Shown here piece by piece: positions 18,380-20,000 of a DNA stretch of 20,000 bases. The notes under the pieces were generated by a model. That model searched no databases. It was given only the letters and a program-made list of their open reading frames with translations, and was not told the DNA's origin. The stretch lies in the NCBI GenBank assembly GCA_040285745.1, contig JAUFOR010000007.1:114458-134457 (forward strand), written 5' to 3'. How positions within the stretch are numbered: position 1 is the stretch's first letter; every line of letters starts with the position of its first letter. The position numbers and the translations under genes are program-made. This DNA is from Barthelona sp. PCE. Its lineage: Eukaryota.

Positions 18380-19762
18380 GAATCATCAGAAAAATAGCGG
18401 CGAAACGGCTTGAAATTGATTGAAAATTGTAAAAGCGAGATGGCATGATTATAAAGATGTCTCATGCCCGCAGGGGGACCCATGGGATAAAACACTCTAA
18501 CAAAGCTTGACGTAGTGTCTTGCCATGGCTGAAATCTGCTGTAAAACAACAAAATCCCGCATCATGCATCTGCAACAAAAATTCCCTGCTTGAATACGTC
18601 GAAAGCGCCTCTTGAGGAGGGCCAGGACATGGAAATAGCGAAAAAACCATCACTGTAGAAGTTTTGGAATTTGAATTTTGTTCAAAGTTGTTTGGGCGTT
18701 TCTGTGCTTGTAAAAGCGCGTCTACGCACCCGATACATGCTGATCTGCTGGGTCTAACCCCTTTAGAATCGTTCTGCATCACAACTAAAAAACGTTTTCT
18801 TCATATTCACTATTTGTGCCCATTTTTTCGTATTCAGCGATCGTAACGACACCAAAACGACGTCCTCCGAGTTTGAAATAGCTGCACTTCCATCACAACA
18901 CGAGTCTTTTTTTTCTCAAACTAACACCATTTTCGGCGTTTCCAGTAGTCTGAACGGGTTCAGGGGCCTTCTACGCGTGTTCCATGTATCCCATCAGGTC
19001 TAAAACCTTCTTGGTCCATATTCTGCAAATAGTCTCGTTTATGATCAAATAATATGACAGGCGTGCGATTTTCATGTTACTGCTCGTCGAGAAAAAATGG
19101 CGGCGCAACTGAAATTGATTGAAATTGTAAAGCGAGATGGCATGATCTCAAAGTCTCATGCCGCAGAGGACCATGGGATCAAACACTAACAAAGCTTGAC
19201 GTAATGGTAATCTTGCCGTAAAACAGAAATCATAGCAACAAGCAACAAAATCCCACATCTGGCATCACAACAAAAATTCCTGCTTGAATACGTCGAAAGC
19301 GCGCCTCTTGAGGAGGGCCGATGTAGAACCATCACTGAAAGTTTTGGAATTTGTTCAAAGATTGTTTGGGCGTTTCTGTGCTTGTAAAGCGCTCTACACC
19401 TGCTCTGCTTTGATCGCGGGTCCTTTAAGATGAATTCTGCATCACAACTAAAAACGTGCCTTCTGCCACTGTTGCCCGGTACTTTACAACATTCAGCGAT
19501 CAACGACACCAAACGACGTCCTCCGAGTTTGAAATAGCTGCACTTTGTCACAACACACAGGTCTTTTTTTTCTCCAAAACTAACTGTTTTAAATTTCCGG
19601 TAGTCTGGTGGGTTCAGGGCTGCACTACGCGTGTTCCGCCCAACATCCCATCTACGCTTCTTGGTGCGCTTATTCTTACCGATAGTCTGATCCAAATAAC
19701 TGCCGCGATAGACGTTGATTTTCATGGCCTGCTGCTCCAGGATCATCCAGATAAAACGGCGA
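18380..19762. repeat. Direct tandem repeat: two copies (~700 and ~660 bp) plus the start of a third
   Basis: Unit starts at 18389 (GAAAAATAGCGGCG), 19091 (GAAAAAATGGCGGCG) and 19750 (GATAAAACGGCG). Shared blocks in the same order include AGCGAGATGGCATGAT, CTAACAAAGCTTGACGTA, CTGCTTGAATACGTCGAAAGCGC, GCCTCTTGAGGAGGGCC and ACGACGTCCTCCGAGTTTGAAATAGCTGCACTT. Confidence 0.95.
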
Positions 19763-19788
19763 GCTGGTTAACGGTGCAAAGGGTCCAC

Positions 19789-19985
19789 CATGGTCTTCGC
19801 CAAATTCTGCTGGTCTCACTGGTCGCCGGTCATGGTCTATGGTCTACCGCCGATCGCTGGTCTATGGTCTGCTTGGTCTTATGGGATACCATGGTCTATG
19901 GTCTCTGTGCGGATACACCTTTGGCGGTCTGCTGGTCTATAGTACCATGATTCCTGTGGTCTGCTGGTCCTGGGTCTGGTGCTAT
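19789..19985 (+). repeat. Degenerate short repeat tract, core TGGTC, apparent unit TGGTCTA; telomere-like
   Basis: 13 exact TGGTC copies in 19791-19969, with 7-nt-spaced pairs at 19833/19840, 19858/19865 and 19892/19899. Confidence 0.8.
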
Positions 19986-20000
19986 GATACTAGCAATGCA

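Noticed and set aside
18340-18410. Hammerhead ribozyme near the element's 5' end (CTGATGA on the minus strand, CGAAAC on the plus strand)
   Set aside because: The two core halves are on opposite strands; no GAAA follows a stem II on the same strand.
19186-19950. 186-aa and 164-aa ORFs within repeat copy 2
   Set aside because: The frames are not preserved in copy 1 and no domain is recognisable.
18380-20000. CRISPR array or LTR pair
   Set aside because: No constant repeat with unique spacers; the long copies are adjacent rather than flanking an internal region, and the RT is non-LTR type.

Overview
Eukaryotic, gene-dense, almost intron-free DNA in the standard code, most consistent with an anaerobic flagellated protist (inference: 31-300 nt intergenic spacers, a NuoF with a short ML- leader, a FAM227-like gene). 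Bases 1-13.5 kb carry intact genes: the 5' end of a signal-peptide/TM gene, TDP1, TTC4/Cns1, NSF/Sec18, FAM227-like, COP-epsilon, NuoF/NDUFV1, LSm7, a ZnT/CDF zinc transporter and an unknown 448-aa ORF. Most share a YCATY-type initiator-like motif just upstream of the ATG. From ~13.4 kb the character changes: a ~5-kb minus-strand non-LTR retrotransposon (RT + CCHC knuckle + restriction-like endonuclease, CRE-like), frameshifted at homopolymers wherever checked, whose candidate AATAAA+A7 3' end lies inside the last host ORF. It is followed by two ~680-bp tandem repeats and a degenerate (TGGTCTA)n tract. This layout suggests a chromosome end with a telomere-proximal retroelement and possibly a non-canonical telomere repeat. 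All family calls are from motif recognition; no searches were run.
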